A DNA stretch of 64,000 nucleotides from Eledone cirrhosa. Lineage: Eukaryota. Under the pieces are notes generated by a model, which had not been told where the DNA came from, made no database searches, and worked only from the letters and a program-made list of their open reading frames with translations. Positions 26,901 to 40,033 of this stretch are shown here, piece after piece. Within the stretch, counting starts at the first letter, position 1, and every line of letters begins with the position of its first letter. The stretch is from contig OZ024742.1 of the NCBI GenBank assembly GCA_964016885.1, positions 268,088,001 through 268,152,000 of the forward strand, written 5' to 3'. Position numbers and translations under genes: made by a program.

Positions 26901-28430
26901 CGGGTGCATTCCCAGTTTTCTGAACCGGGGAGCAGTGGCACTGTTGAGAAAAGACCCGAACAAAGGGGTATGTTATAGAATATTTCAGTCCCATAACTCT
27001 GTTAAACGCAGAGTTTAAGATTTTGGCCAAGGTGTTAACAAAGAGATTGGTGCTTGTCGTCGGTGATCTGGTGGGAGAGGTGCAGACATGCGCCATTCCG
27101 GACATCAACGATAAACTCCACCTCATGTGATATATAATAGAGAGGGTGGTTAAGGAACTTGGCACGGTCAATTTCGATCAATATAAGGCATTTGATAGGA
27201 TCAACCATCGGTACCTGGTGGCGTTCGTCGAGGCGGCTGTTTCCGGGCCCATTTTCAGGGGTTGGATTGCAGCGATGCACAGTGACATCTGCCCGGTGAT
27301 GAGGGTGAATGGTCATCTGTCAGAGCCGTTCAGCATCATGCGCTCCGTCCGGCAGGGTTGTCCCATCTCGTCGCTCTTGTACGTAATTAGCCCTCGAGCC
27401 GTTACTGCACAAATTGGAGGTGATGATAGGCACCGTGGTGGTGTCAAGCACTGGACATGTCCAATTGCTCGGCACCGCTCTCAAGAAATATTAAGCAGTA
27501 ACAGGAGAAAAGTTAATCTAGGAGAAGTCGATGGGTTTCTGACTCGGCACCTGGAGAGGCAAGTGCATACCGTCCAACAGCGTCGTAGGGCGCTGGACGG
27601 TATGACCGGTGAAATTGCTCGTGGTCTGGTTCGGTACGGATCTCTAGTTGGAGAAAAACTGGAGTGAGGTTACGAGCAGGATGTTGTCCTTCAAAGGTCA
27701 GTCCGAGGTAGCTACCACCTAACCGTTATGTCTTGCCCCAGCCCAACTCTGACAAAAATGGAGCGCCTCCCCTTCCGCTTTTTATGGAAGGGCTGTACTC
27801 CCAGGGTCAGATGATCGATATACTGTCAGAACCAGTTGCGTGGAGGACTGGGAATGCCGTGGATGATGATGCGCAAAAACCCGCTGAGGCTGTCACATCT
27901 CTGGTGCTTCCTTGACGGTGTACATGTATGGTCACCGTTTGCCAGACATGGTTTTCCTCAGCTCTTCTCATTAACGGAGCTGCAGTCCTGGATCAGGAAA
28001 AGAACGAGGGATAGCGCTTGGATTTTGGAATGTCTCAGTTGGGCACTCGTATCGGTGAAATATCCACCTTGGCGTTCTATAGAGGACTAGTGGAGGGGAA
28101 CATCGACGACGTACTCGCTGAGAACCTGGGCGGCGAAAACGATCAGCTGTTCTCTCTCTTCAAGAGAATTTTCAGACCGGAGCTTATGGACAACTTCCAG
28201 AAATCCCTGGACTTACAGTGCTACCCGGGAGCGTTGCCAGTTAGATATAAGCCCTACAGGCACGGAATTGCCATCAGCCGAGTTTGTCCGAAATCGGCGC
28301 AGGGCGACGAAACCGTCCTGCACGGAAACGCTCACTGCCCAGGGATTGCTGACTTGTGGAGCTATGTCGAACATTTGCTGTCACCTGTAGGACGGATTCG
28401 GTTATCGACTAAGTCCATTGTGCAAATAAC
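23985..28430 (+). mobile_element. Tx1/L1-clade LINE, ORF1 plus ORF2, degraded (copy 3; same family as copy 1)
   Basis: ORF1 RRPKCYLCGSNVHLKFFC (24441-24998); ORF2 ATG 25507 MALLSIGSINIRG..AISETR; RT DQYKAFDR, VRQGCPIS; truncated at 28430. Confidence 0.92.
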
Positions 28431-29060
28431 CCAAGGACTCCACTCTTACTTAAACCAAATTGCATACATATATCATTGCTGAAAATACGGACAGTGTCAA
28501 CAAGCACACCCAACTCATTCTCACTTTTCCCAAAGTGTTTTAGATCGTTCATGATGAGGAGATGGTTGATGGTAAGCTCTCCTCTTCCCAACTTGTATCC
28601 TGCTCTCACTTTTCGCAATATCAGGGAATGGGTATGAGGGTAAGGACAAACAATAAAAGGGACAAACTATCTACCTGATAGATACCTCTCTTCATCTTCC
28701 CGCCTCCCAAGGATCCTCCACCTAATGTTAACTCTGTTTCCCAGGACTTCATACTTTTACTCAATGGCTGTCTGGTGTTGTCTATCCCATTGAAGATCTC
28801 TAGGATTTTGGTTATCCAAGAATGAGGGACCATGTCGAATGCCTTCTTGTAATCTATCCATCCTATGGAAAGACCAGTATGCCTCTTCTTGCAATTCCTT
28901 ATTACCATCTTATCAACAAGTAACTGTTTTTTTGTACCACGAGACTTCTTTTGGCATCCTTACTGTTTGTCCGGCAATAAGTTGTTTATGTGGAGGTGAT
29001 AGTAGATTTCCTCAGACACGATTCTTGTTAACAGTTTTCCCATTCCGGACAGACATGTGA
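28430..29060 (-). mobile_element. R4/Dong-like RT fragment, same family as 61450-63200
   Basis: WIDYKKAFDMVPHSWI, GIYQVDSLSLLLFV, NHLLIMNDLK; closely matches 61455-61815. Confidence 0.85.
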
Positions 29061-29084
29061 TAGGCCTATAGTTGGTAACGTCAC

Positions 29085-29111
29085 AGTAGTAGTAGTAGTA
29101 GTAGTAGTAGT

Positions 29112-29206
<95 letters not shown>

Positions 29207-29207
29207 A
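29085..29207. repeat. Compound (GTA)n(GCA)n(GTA)n trinucleotide repeat
   Basis: Seen directly. Confidence 0.95.
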
Positions 29208-29823
29208 TGCTGGTAGAATTGTTAGATCATCCATTAAAAGAGATGTATTATATTATTTACTTTCTTTGCAAATTTCACGTCTTAACTAAATTACCTTTAT
29301 TTCACACCTTGCAAGGTTCAGTGAAAATAACTCTAATCTAATTCTGATATCGATCAGATCGATTACAACTTTAGGCATAAATTGGACACAATGTTCCTCT
29401 TTTAGAAAAATATTATTATTAAATTCTTTTATAATTAATGTTTTCAGTGTCCATTAAATTATGGATATTTGCCAGTCTGCATCTAACACTTTGCTGGGAT
29501 ATTAATCTGATATAAATTATAATTTATCATAAAATATTGAAAAATAGGAGATAAATGATAATCCATTGAAGTAGATGCATTGTTTAAAGCAATTACCAGA
29601 AATCTATTGTTTGCTGGCTGCGGAATATTTATTTTCTACAAAGCAACAAACTTAATATTTATGCTTTCTTGATAAAATGAAACATGAATTTAATAACGAC
29701 ACATGAAAATGGGGACATATTTTCTACGGAATAGTTTACGCTAAGAAAGTTTTATGATAAAGTAGATATCATCTCTTAGAGTCTAATATCTCATATTAGG
29801 AGAAGTTGCTCGATAGGTTTCAG

Positions 29824-30330
29824 AATTTGATTCACCCATAAAATAAATACAACAAAGGAGAGAAAGTGAAATCGCATTAAATAACTGCAGCTGATATTGC
29901 TGTTGCCGAATGGTGCATGAAATGAAATATGATGTGTGGATTTATCTTGTAATATAATTTAAAATATACACTATATATACAATGTGGTCGCAGACTTGTT
30001 TGCGCATTTAAGAGCTTTTGAACGTTACGACATCATGTTGAATCTCACCACGGACCCTTTTGCGAATGTGCTTTCTAGCATAGAATCACATCGATCAAAT
30101 CCTTTTATGCTATATTTCGTGCACAGAAACGATTTCCTCCCCTAGTGGAGGCTACCCATTTCTTGCCTTCTGCGTTTATCTACCTCTCAGTTTAATACAA
30201 CTAGCCTTGTGGGTGCTCTTATAGGAGTAGGCTCTCTTACAGGCATTCCAGTCAAGTACTCATCTCGTCATTACACAAGTCTGCTATATCCTGGAAACGA
30301 TAAAGGGAGCTGGTAATTTTTCTCTGATTA
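29824..30330 (+). pseudogene. Decayed catalytic-domain coding sequence of an aromatic amino-acid hydroxylase (TPH-like)
   Basis: Collinear motif remnants across frameshifts: PI..KYNKGEK (29835-29865), A*NE (29915), CGF (29935), SF*TLRHHV (30013-30039), ISPR (30042), HRSNPF (30089), GYPFLA (30150), SQF (30185), LA..GA (30201-30217), CY......GAG (30282-30314). Confidence 0.55.
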
Positions 30331-32025
30331 ACCCAGAAAAAATTATCCTTCAAAAACATATGATAATCATTTTTCCAAATATAAAACCATTGTTAACAGA
30401 ATTAAGACACATCAAGTACTTCTATTATCTATGAATAATCAAATAATGCAAGAATATGAAACCGAATGTAGTTGGCAGTTATGACTATTTTGTGTTAACA
30501 AGTAAATTCTCCTTCTGCTGTTTAAACTATTCTATTTGAAATTTTTGTTATGATATGTATTGCATTGGATGATATTAATAGCATATCAGGTTTGTCTATA
30601 TGAAGTGTTTGGGAAAAATGTACACTATGAGGCGTTCCCTACAAGTTCTCTCGAAGCAAAACGTAGCTGATTCCAATAGGGAAAAATTAAGAGAAGGAAA
30701 GAGGGTTAAATGTATAGAGGAGAATCAAGTATTGCTAGATTACTACTTTAGTTATCTGTCTTATAAGAATGAAAGGCCAAGTTGATTTCGAGATTGGAAC
30801 TAAGAGAACCGGATTGAACACTTCAATGTAATCTAAGCCTCTGTAAATCCTTTGAACATTTTGCTACGCTATGCGATATTAATACATTATAAACAGCGCT
30901 TTTGATGTTAATGTGATTTAAATATCACTCTTTAAGGTTTCTAATTGTTAATCATTGTAGGTGCTGCCTGGATTAGGTGATGATCAGCTTCAAAGCAGTA
31001 AATTGAAAATTGCATGAATATCGTAACTGGAAAGCATATTTCAGAGATGGGTGTACTGGGGGTAGCGGTATCATGGTGTGTCGTTCGAAACCAAAGACTG
31101 TAACAGAGAATATATGAGAAAAGGAATAGAAACTGGTGGAGCGGCTATGGATAATCTGTTTTAATTGCGGTGGAAAACCAGAACATAATAAAAAAAAATT
31201 GTCTCTGGTCTAGACAACGAGCTGTTTTGGTGAATGAAACGTTGACATTTATTGGAGTGGCCTGGCATGCCCTTGTATATATCAACAGTGATCTACCAGT
31301 TATGAAAGAAACAATATAATATGTGATGGACGCAATCTTCGTAGAGAATCACAAGGTCATCGAACCTGAATTAATTTCTGAATCTGAAAGTGAGAGCAGA
31401 TTTGAAGTACAGTTCTTGATGTATTACGCGTGGGAAACTAAATGTTTTATTTATATGATATCCAAGGTTTCATAGCACAAGATAAAAAAATACTCCTGTT
31501 GATAATTGTATTGATAAATTTGTTGCTGTATCGAATAATAGACAACATGATAATATTTTGACGGATTGTGTTAATGGAGTTAGTGAATGTCTGAGAAGTT
31601 GAACATAATTAGGTAGGTTTGAATTGAGATGTGAAGTGCATAGTAATGATCACTCTTTTGTTGACACAAAATCACTTTCAAACGTAGAAGGGAACGGAGT
31701 AATATAACATACCCTTGAATTGCACCAGAATGTTTCGAATGTCACATCAGCTTACTTTATGATACGCCTCATAGATAAGAAATGTATATGAATCCCATGT
31801 TTGGGCAATTTAGTTAGATGTTTGTATCAGACGCTCAAATATTATATCGGTTTGCTTCTATTTCGTCGTGGTTTTCAAGGTTTGATGGGTGAGTGTTTAC
31901 CTCCCAGTACTTGCGGAAATGATGATCCAAGATTAGCCACGAAGGACCTTCACTGAATACGTATATTCTGCAAACTCGATCACTACCTATCTCTGTCTCT
32001 CTCTCGATATATATATATATATATA

Positions 32026-33909
32026 GGAAAAGGTATGACCCCGATGGCAGAGCTAAAGCCGTTTCGACGGCTATTTCTGGACTAAATTAGAATGCTTAGC
32101 CTGGTGAATAAATAGCCGAACTTTTCAAGAGGGTACTTCCTTATATGGGAAGATTGTAGTTGTCAAGAGGATTGGTTAAAATTTGTTGTAAACACAAATA
32201 AGTAGTCTATCATGGCATTTGGTGGGAGGTAGGGGTGGCTGAACTTGCCTGTAGAACAATTGGGGAGTGAGGAAATATCCTTTTATCCAGCTTCCCTTAG
32301 CGGAACCAGTAGGCGAGACCGCCGCTCACGCAACGTAACGTGGCCCAATCCTCCCCACAATGCCGAGGTGGCTACACCTATCGGGAAAATCTTCTTTAGA
32401 TCCTTGAAAAACACTTCCCACTACAACACCGCAACTACAACATAATCAACAAAAACACCATCAAACTCTCCTACTGCACCACACCTAACTTCGCACAAAA
32501 CACCGTCTCTTCAAACAACAAAAACTAAACCCCTATGGAAGAAATAACCTATACATCAATGGAGAGCCGACCAGGAGGTGTAACTGCCCTGATAGATCCC
32601 CTCAACAACAAATGCCGAGAACGTAACGTGATCCACCAACGTGAGGACGGAGACCCCCAACAAAGCTTATATAGGATTAACCGCGTGTGACTTCAAGACC
32701 CGGCTCTACCAACACCGACACACTTTCCGAAACACGGTTTGGCGACATGCCACTACACAATCGGGCCACATCTGGAACTCCAAGATAACAATATATCCTA
32801 CAATCTCACCTAGAGCATACTGTCCAGAGCTAACTCTTACAAGGGAGGACGCCGTCCGTGTAACTTATGTTCGGAGGAAACATTACAAATGGTGTTTTCG
32901 AAGGACCAACTCCAAAACAAAAAAGATGAATTGGTAACCGCATGCAAACACAGATTGCGTAGGACTTACTACGCCCTCAAACCCTATAACGACCCGGGTG
33001 GGTAGACAAGGGCTGATACGCCCCCCCCCCCCACTTGCCGAATAAGTTAGGGGAAACCCCAGCTTACTTAGGTAGATGTATCTCTTTTCTTTTCCTCTTT
33101 GCATTATTCTTCCCCCTGTCTCATACTATCACTTCCTTCCACCCCCTATTTTTCTTCCTCGTCTGCTTTCCCCTTTCGCCTACCTCGATGCAGCCCATCG
33201 AGCCTTGTAGCAACAGTTCCACCACGCCTGTTATTTTAAGATAAAATTGGCCGAATACGTTTTGCTAACTGCTTATAGCAGATGTGTTAAAAAGCCCTTT
33301 AAGTTTGTATCTGTTTTGTAATTTCTATAAGTTTTTTTCTAATCTCATCTCATTAACCTGTAATTGTAAGATAGCATTGTGATTTCTTTTTTCATTTATC
33401 ACTATCCTATTTTATATTTTTTATATATATATATCTATATTTTATTTATTTTTTTAATTTATTTCTAGTATCTATTACTGTCTCCTACTCTCTTTCGATT
33501 TACCTACTCTATAACCTCCCTTCCCCACTTCATACACTATTCTTAGAATCTGGTGTATACATATCACTTTCAACGCTTGACCGCTCCACTCACTCCCCAA
33601 TTGTTCTACAGGCAAGTTTAGCCAACCTACCGCCCACCAAATGCCATGATAGATTTATTTGTGTTTACAACAAATTTTAGCCAATCCTCTTGACAACTAC
33701 AATCTTCCCATAAAAGGAAGTACCTCCTTGAAAAGTTCGGCTATTTATTCACCAGGCTAAACATTCTAATTTAGTCCAGAAATAACCGTCGAAACGGCTT
33801 GAGCTCTGCCGTCGGTGTCATACTTTTTTCTATTTCCCACTCTACTACACTAAGTATTGAGTATTCTGGTGCGTTATGGTCCATTTGGTTCCTTACCACA
33901 ATTCCTTTG

Positions 33910-33910
<1 letters not shown>
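32026..33910 (+). mobile_element. Naiad-type Penelope-like element, 5'-truncated, with inverted pseudo-LTR (family B)
   Basis: RRSRNVTWPNPP, CNC..., YIGLTACDFKTRLYQH (32641-32937), CNLC; 32026-32270 is an inverted copy of about 33595-33830; hammerheads at about 32037-32135 (-) and 33722-33818 (+); (TA)n on both sides. Confidence 0.85.
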
Positions 33911-33962
<52 letters not shown>

Positions 33963-34094
33963 ATGATAAACATTTACATGTTTTTCTTGCAACAAAAACA
34001 TGTAAATGCTTATCATATATTAATTTATACTGCTCAGAAGTGATTCTTAGAGCTAAAATAATTGTAAAAGACCCCATAGAGTGTAAACTCTAAG

Positions 34095-34159
<65 letters not shown>

Positions 34160-34164
34160 TATAC

Positions 34165-34212
<48 letters not shown>

Positions 34213-34269
34213 ATGTACATATGTATAAATATATACAATATGTATATATATATATATACATACACACAT

Positions 34270-37069
34270 TAGCTTCATACGGAATGATTTACATAGGAAA
34301 TACAGAAAAACTAACGAGACGGCATTGATAAACATCAACACAATATAGTGAAACACCTAGGAATAGAGGATAGAACGTAGCCACTTAGGCCATGTACCCC
34401 CACATTTAATCTCAAGGACCATTAGGTAAATTTTGATTATAATCCCACAATTATACTTATATGCCCGTCCAAACGGACATTGGGAAAATTAGTAAGGAAA
34501 ATTAGCAGGAAACATTTCGGTGCGTTTAATATTAGACAGAGTGATAGCACAAATAACGAATAAACTAGTGATTAAACTATGGGGTAACACTACCGAAAAA
34601 ATTAAATGGTTTTACAATATAACTAACAAAAAAGTATCTAAGTTTATACAATTTGACGTTAATGACTATTACTGCTCTATATCACCCAATACCTTGGATA
34701 AAGCCTTAGCATTCGCCAAAGCTTATTCTGACCTGACTGACGACGAAATATGAATTATATTAACTGCTAGGAAAACAATGATTAAATTTGAAAACGCCTA
34801 TTGGGAACGTCAGAATAGATTAAATAACTTTGACATCACGATGGGGGCCAATGACTCGACTCAAGTCACAGATTTAGTAGGTATTTACATAGCCCATAGT
34901 TTACAGAGGGAATTTAGCATCCTTTAAGGTGGAATCTACAGATATGACGCCCTTGTCCTAAATAAGAAACTAAATAACCAGAGCGTAAAAGACTGCGTAA
35001 GAATATTAGAAAGACTCTCGAGAAACTAGGCCTTAGCATAAAGTACGAATATAGCACTAAAATAGTTAACTTTCTAGACGCGACGCTTAACCTACATACG
35101 GGACTTATAAGACCTTTTCACAAGAGTAATGAAAACTTAGCATACATAAACTGTAATTCGAACCACCCACTCTCCATAATTAAATCCTTCCACCAAGCAT
35201 ATCCCTTAGAATCTCCCGCATCTTGTCTAACCGAAAAATCTTCGAGGAACACGCGGAGTACTACAATACCGCAGTAGACAAGGCAGGCCACTTAGATAGA
35301 GTAGAATATATAGTTGAGAGCCTCCGCAAAGCGCACACGAAGAGGCATAACACAAACTCCAGAAATACACGCACACACGCATTTACGCATAGAACTACAA
35401 ATTATACTGAAAATAGAAATACAACATCAAAATCAAACAGGTCACGCAGTAGAAAATATATTTGGTATAACCCCATATTTAACACCTCTATTAGTACCAA
35501 CCTACTCTCTACCTTCATTAGAATAATAAATAAGCACTTTCCAGATTCACATAGTTACAGCAAAATCCTTAACACTAAATCTATTAGACTATTCTACTCC
35601 ACTGCACCAAACATAGAGGCACACATTAAGATGCTTAACGCTAAAAACATACGTAACAACACCGGAATACACATTTATAACAATACAAGTACCATCGAAC
35701 ACAACCACCCACTAATAGGCAAACAAAACGTAACACACTTGTACAGGCATTACAGCCTACCAATAATGCCAAAGTTGCCCATGACAAGAATTGTAATTGC
35801 CACCTACCTGAAATCTGTCCATTGCATAATGAATGTATGCAGTCTAACCTGCTTTACCAATGCACAGTAGGATCACACAACCAGAAATGGTATAACATCG
35901 GAGTGACTGGGAACACATCTAAAGCTCGTTGTTATACACACCGTTACGCAATGAAACATTCCCAGCATCGTTATGTAACTACCCTTGCGAACAAGACATG
36001 GCAACTGAAGGAAAGTAACCATCAATACACCGTGAAGTGGAAACAATTATCGAACGCGCCCCCATATCGGAGTAGTATGAGAAGCTGTCGGTTATGTGAT
36101 CTTGAGCTGTTCCACATTTTGAGTTCGAAGAATAAGTTACTCAACAATAAAATCGAAAGATCAATTTATTGTAACCATAGACTCAAAGAAAAATGTTCGC
36201 ACTACAAGTACAAATCGAACCCTTAACCTCTTACTACCACCTGACAAACTGCATATGCTTAGACATTCTACCATCTTATTGAATCTAACCCCCTTAATTA
36301 CCCACAATAACCAATACCTATCTCCCCCCCTCATCCTTCATTCCTTCATTCCTTTTCTCTTTTTTCGTTTTCTTCTTTTCTTCTCTCCCATTTTTGCTAT
36401 CTTTTTTTTTCTTTTCTTTTCTTTTCTTTTCTTCTTTTCTCCCCCCCCCCTCCTTTATTTTTTATTTATATATATATTTATCTACTGTCCCCCCTTCTCT
36501 CTCTCCCTCCCACTATAAACAATTAAATTATCTTTAACTCCCTACACTGTAAATTGACAACATCATGTCTACGAATCAAATCTGATCGAGGAATCCTTCC
36601 AACTTTACCTCTCCCTCCATCTCCGTTTGTCATTCTACTTTCTAATTCTTTTCCTCCCTCCTCTCTCTATATACTGCTTCGTTTTGTCACTCTGTTTCCT
36701 AATTCTTTTCCCCCTTTCCTCTCTCTCTATACTAGTAAATACAATTCCATAAAAATGTGTTTTTTATATATTAAGAACCTTTTACAAGTTACTTATTCAT
36801 TATTTTGAAAATTTGAAGGTGAACAACAATTATTATTGAGTGGCTGCTATTTGCAGTCTAGCAATATAAGGTTTCCCTTACCAATGAAACGGTCGTAAAT
36901 ACCTTGATAACATCCTTTTTTTTAATGCTTACCTGTGTTTTCTCTGTTATTCTTTATACTCCACGATTAAACGTGATTCTTACAAACTTGTGGAGTTACC
37001 CCCCAACCGTACGTTGAAACCGTGTGTGTGTCTAGTTGTTAACTGTGAAGTTGTCATATTCATGTTACT

Positions 37070-37070
<1 letters not shown>
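34270..37070 (+). mobile_element. Naiad-type Penelope-like element (RT, CNC/CPL finger, GIY-YIG, 3' UTR), degraded
   Basis: KFIQFDVNDYY, FDITMGANDS, GIYRYDA, VNFLDATL, RKYIWYNP, CNCHLPEICPL, YNIGVTGN, CRLC; GAAACGGTCGTA hammerhead remnant at about 36886. Confidence 0.88.
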
Positions 37071-37116
<46 letters not shown>

Positions 37117-37379
37117 ACATTAGAACCGTGTGGAAATGGAAGCACCAATGGAAACATAAATTTTAAATCTCCGAAGCTGTTTATGAAAGTATTGAAGAAG
37201 AGAAGAAAACACACTTCGATCTTCCGACGTGGAAAAGACTCCTATCAGAAGAAACCGAATCATCATTTTTCTTACCTGTTGTACAAACCTGGCTGGACAC
37301 AGAACACTGCACAAACATTCTAAACGTTCTATAGAGTTATGAAAGAATTGTTTCCACTTTTGGCCCAAGGCCAGCAATT

Positions 37380-37535
37380 AATCAGTTTATTACTGGTACT
37401 TTATTTTATCGACCCCATAAGATGAAAGACAAAGTTAACCTCGGCGGCATATGAACTCAGAATGGCAAGGGCCGTAACTCTCTGCGTCAAAGCATGGCGT
37501 GCGACCCTCTACCGATACTGTCAATCCACCGCCCC
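37380..37535 (-). mobile_element. tRNA-derived SINE of a family typical of octopus, degraded
   Basis: Minus strand GGGCGGTGGATTGACAG...GAGTTCATATGCCGCCGAGGTTAACTTTGTCTTTCATC..GGGGTCGATAAAATAAAGTACCAGT; family recognised from memory. Confidence 0.75.
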
Positions 37536-38039
37536 TTAGAGTTATGAAATAATACATATGAATAAGCCATAGATGACGAACATCATTAAGTAATGTCAGT
37601 TTCATGAGGAGATAAAGCGCCGCCATCCTTGTGAAGGAAAAATAAATACAAATGAGTCTATAAATCCTGGAAAACTGTAAGTCCGGTATTGGAAAAAAAA
37701 CAAAAACAAAAAGCAAAAAGAACACAAGGGTTTGACACTCCAAATTCAATATTTTCCTTTTACTTTGCTCCACTTTTCAAGTTAAATGACACGTCGGTTC
37801 AGTTATATTCAAATATTGTAAGCTCGCCCATTGAGAATATCGTTACGATGTTTGCGAAAATGTAAAACAAATATTTATATCCCAGACAGAAATATTAACT
37901 TTATTTCAATATACGTTTTTTATATAGTTGTCTGCTGGTAGATTTTGTATTTCGCTCCATATCTTCACCATTAACAAGAGGAAGGCAACGACGACAACAG
38001 TGATATTAACAACAACACTCTACCATTAACAAGAGGAAG

Positions 38040-39070
38040 CCAACCTCAGCATCAGTGACTCATCTCCAGCCACAAGGTCCTATGGCAAACTGCTAAGTTG
38101 CTCGCATGTGTGCGTGATGAACTCTGGGTGTTTCCGCTGAGAACACCCTCTTGTGCCCCCCCTCCATTTTTGTTTACATCCATCCATTCACTCATTCATT
38201 TACTACCATTCTACCTTCCTGTGTCTCCCCCTCCATGCAGCCACTTCTTTTCTCTCTTGTTTTCTACCACCTCTATATATATAGGTGAGCTCTGAGGCCC
38301 TCTTACCAGCACTTTCCCTTCCACCTACACACGCCAGCCACCCACCCCTCATGCCGCTCGGTGCCCCAGTCCGCGGCACCACGCCCTATCCTCCACCCCT
38401 CCAATCAGAGACCTGCACCACTAACAGACCGAAGAGGGGCCGGAATTGTTTGGGGTGCGGTTGCTTCAACCACCTCACCTTCGTTGGTTTGACTCGTCGA
38501 ACTTCCAATGCCCTCGCAGCGTGGAGGTGCAGGAGAGGACTCTTCCCCACGTCTTCCCAGCCACGGCCGTCTGGCACACAACCAGAAGGGACAGCGAGCT
38601 TGCTTGAAGCCCGAGCCTCGCTGGTCAACATCGCTCGGCTCAGGCGGCTCCGGAAGATCCCACTCAGGATCCCGAGAGCGGCACGGGTGCCGGTGGCCGA
38701 TTCCCTAGCTTCCTCGATTGAGAGCGCCCTGGACTCCAATCGAGCCAGTGACTGGTAGCGGCTGTTCTATTTCGCCCCACTCGCCCTCGGACTCCCCAGC
38801 CCTGGCGCTGACCGGGGCATCCGGTCAACAGCAGCCTTCGTTAAGGCCAATGTCTCGTCCTTTGGGCGAGCGCCCATTCCAAGCGTGCCCAGGGACGCCA
38901 CACAGCTACCCTCAGGTACCCTCTACCCCCCTAGGCCAGCGCCAAGCGTTTGCGTGACCGGGTAAACGCCAAGCTTATCATGGGTGATGTCTCAGCCGCA
39001 GTCGAAGTTGTTGCCTCAGAGGACACTATCCTCCAACCTACCGAGGAGGTTCTGGCTGTTCTGCGACTCG
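38040..39070 (+). mobile_element. CRE-like non-LTR retrotransposon, 5' fragment
   Basis: GC-rich island; LRIPRAARVPVADSL..W*RLFYF and RVNAKLIMGDVSAAVEVVASEDTILQPTEEVLAVLR resemble the pre-RT region of CRE-clade ORFs; truncated before the RT. Confidence 0.65.
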
Positions 39071-39703
39071 TTTCTTCTTTTGCCACAAGACCAGCAATTA
39101 TCCCACCCATCTATCTGTACATAGTACTGTATAAATGAAATCTATAAATAAGAATTTAACTTATCTCAGTCAAAATCCTATTATAAAATCACATATAGAC
39201 ATATCAAAAGCCAGTCGAAATTTCTGGTATCCCGTTGAGACGTACCGACGGCAATAAATAGCTTTGGTAGGGATCAAATAAACCTAATATCCTAGCCGAT
39301 GTTAATTTTTCTCGTCTTTTTCTCTTATACTCCTTTATGCTTCTAAAGAATATTAGCTTGTCACACATTGAAGTGTTTCAATTGATCATCGACAACGGAC
39401 GACATAAATACACATTTATAAACACTCCCTAAATATAAACGCACAACAATAATTGGCCGATTTTCAAGCCTGAAGTACATTTAAGCTCCGATCAGTCACT
39501 TTCTTTAGACCCCCAGAGATCTTCACGCACACACACAAACATATATGACAATTTTCCTGATCACATAAATACTAATAATTACTGTTACATTTTCTCTGAC
39601 ATTCCCTGGCAGTATAAAGTAATAGATTATTTAAAATCGCAAATTTTCGTTACAGTATATGGAAGGAATATATTAGTTTAATGCTTAAAATAGCAGGAAG
39701 AAA

Positions 39704-39739
39704 TATTAACGTTTCAGACGCTAATCTTTCACCAGAAGA
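39704..39739 (-). ncRNA. Degenerate minimal hammerhead (family C)
   Basis: TCTT-CTGGTGA-AAGATTAGCGTCT-GAAA-CG-TT-AATA. Confidence 0.55.
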
Positions 39740-39970
39740 ATGAATGAGTAATAAGATAGATTGAAGGGACGGGCGGGTTGGAATTGGAAAAAAATGTCTT
39801 TAGATGAAAATAACATGATCATTCATATTGACAACTCTTGGAAAATTGTTCATGCGGGCGTTTTGTGTGCGATTTATTTTTTTTAGAAAGGTGGATGAAG
39901 GAGCGCGTCTACCTGAAATGGAAAAAAAAATCGTTTTGTATAAAGAACTATACTTGTGGGCGTGGGTATG

Positions 39971-40033
<63 letters not shown>

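Noticed and set aside
30600-30785. EKLRE and ERP as hydroxylase C-terminal motifs
   Set aside because: Too short and wrongly spaced; left outside the pseudogene call.
31140-31700. Sola-like DDE transposase relic (DN..NCGG.P; HSF)
   Set aside because: Only two very short, frameshifted resemblances and no terminal repeats; not supportable without a profile search.
35780-36226. Selenocysteine-encoding Naiad
   Set aside because: The conserved Cys positions I checked (CNC, CPL, CxLC) are TGT/TGC here and in the readable parts of 32570-32870; no UGA at those sites and no SECIS recognised.
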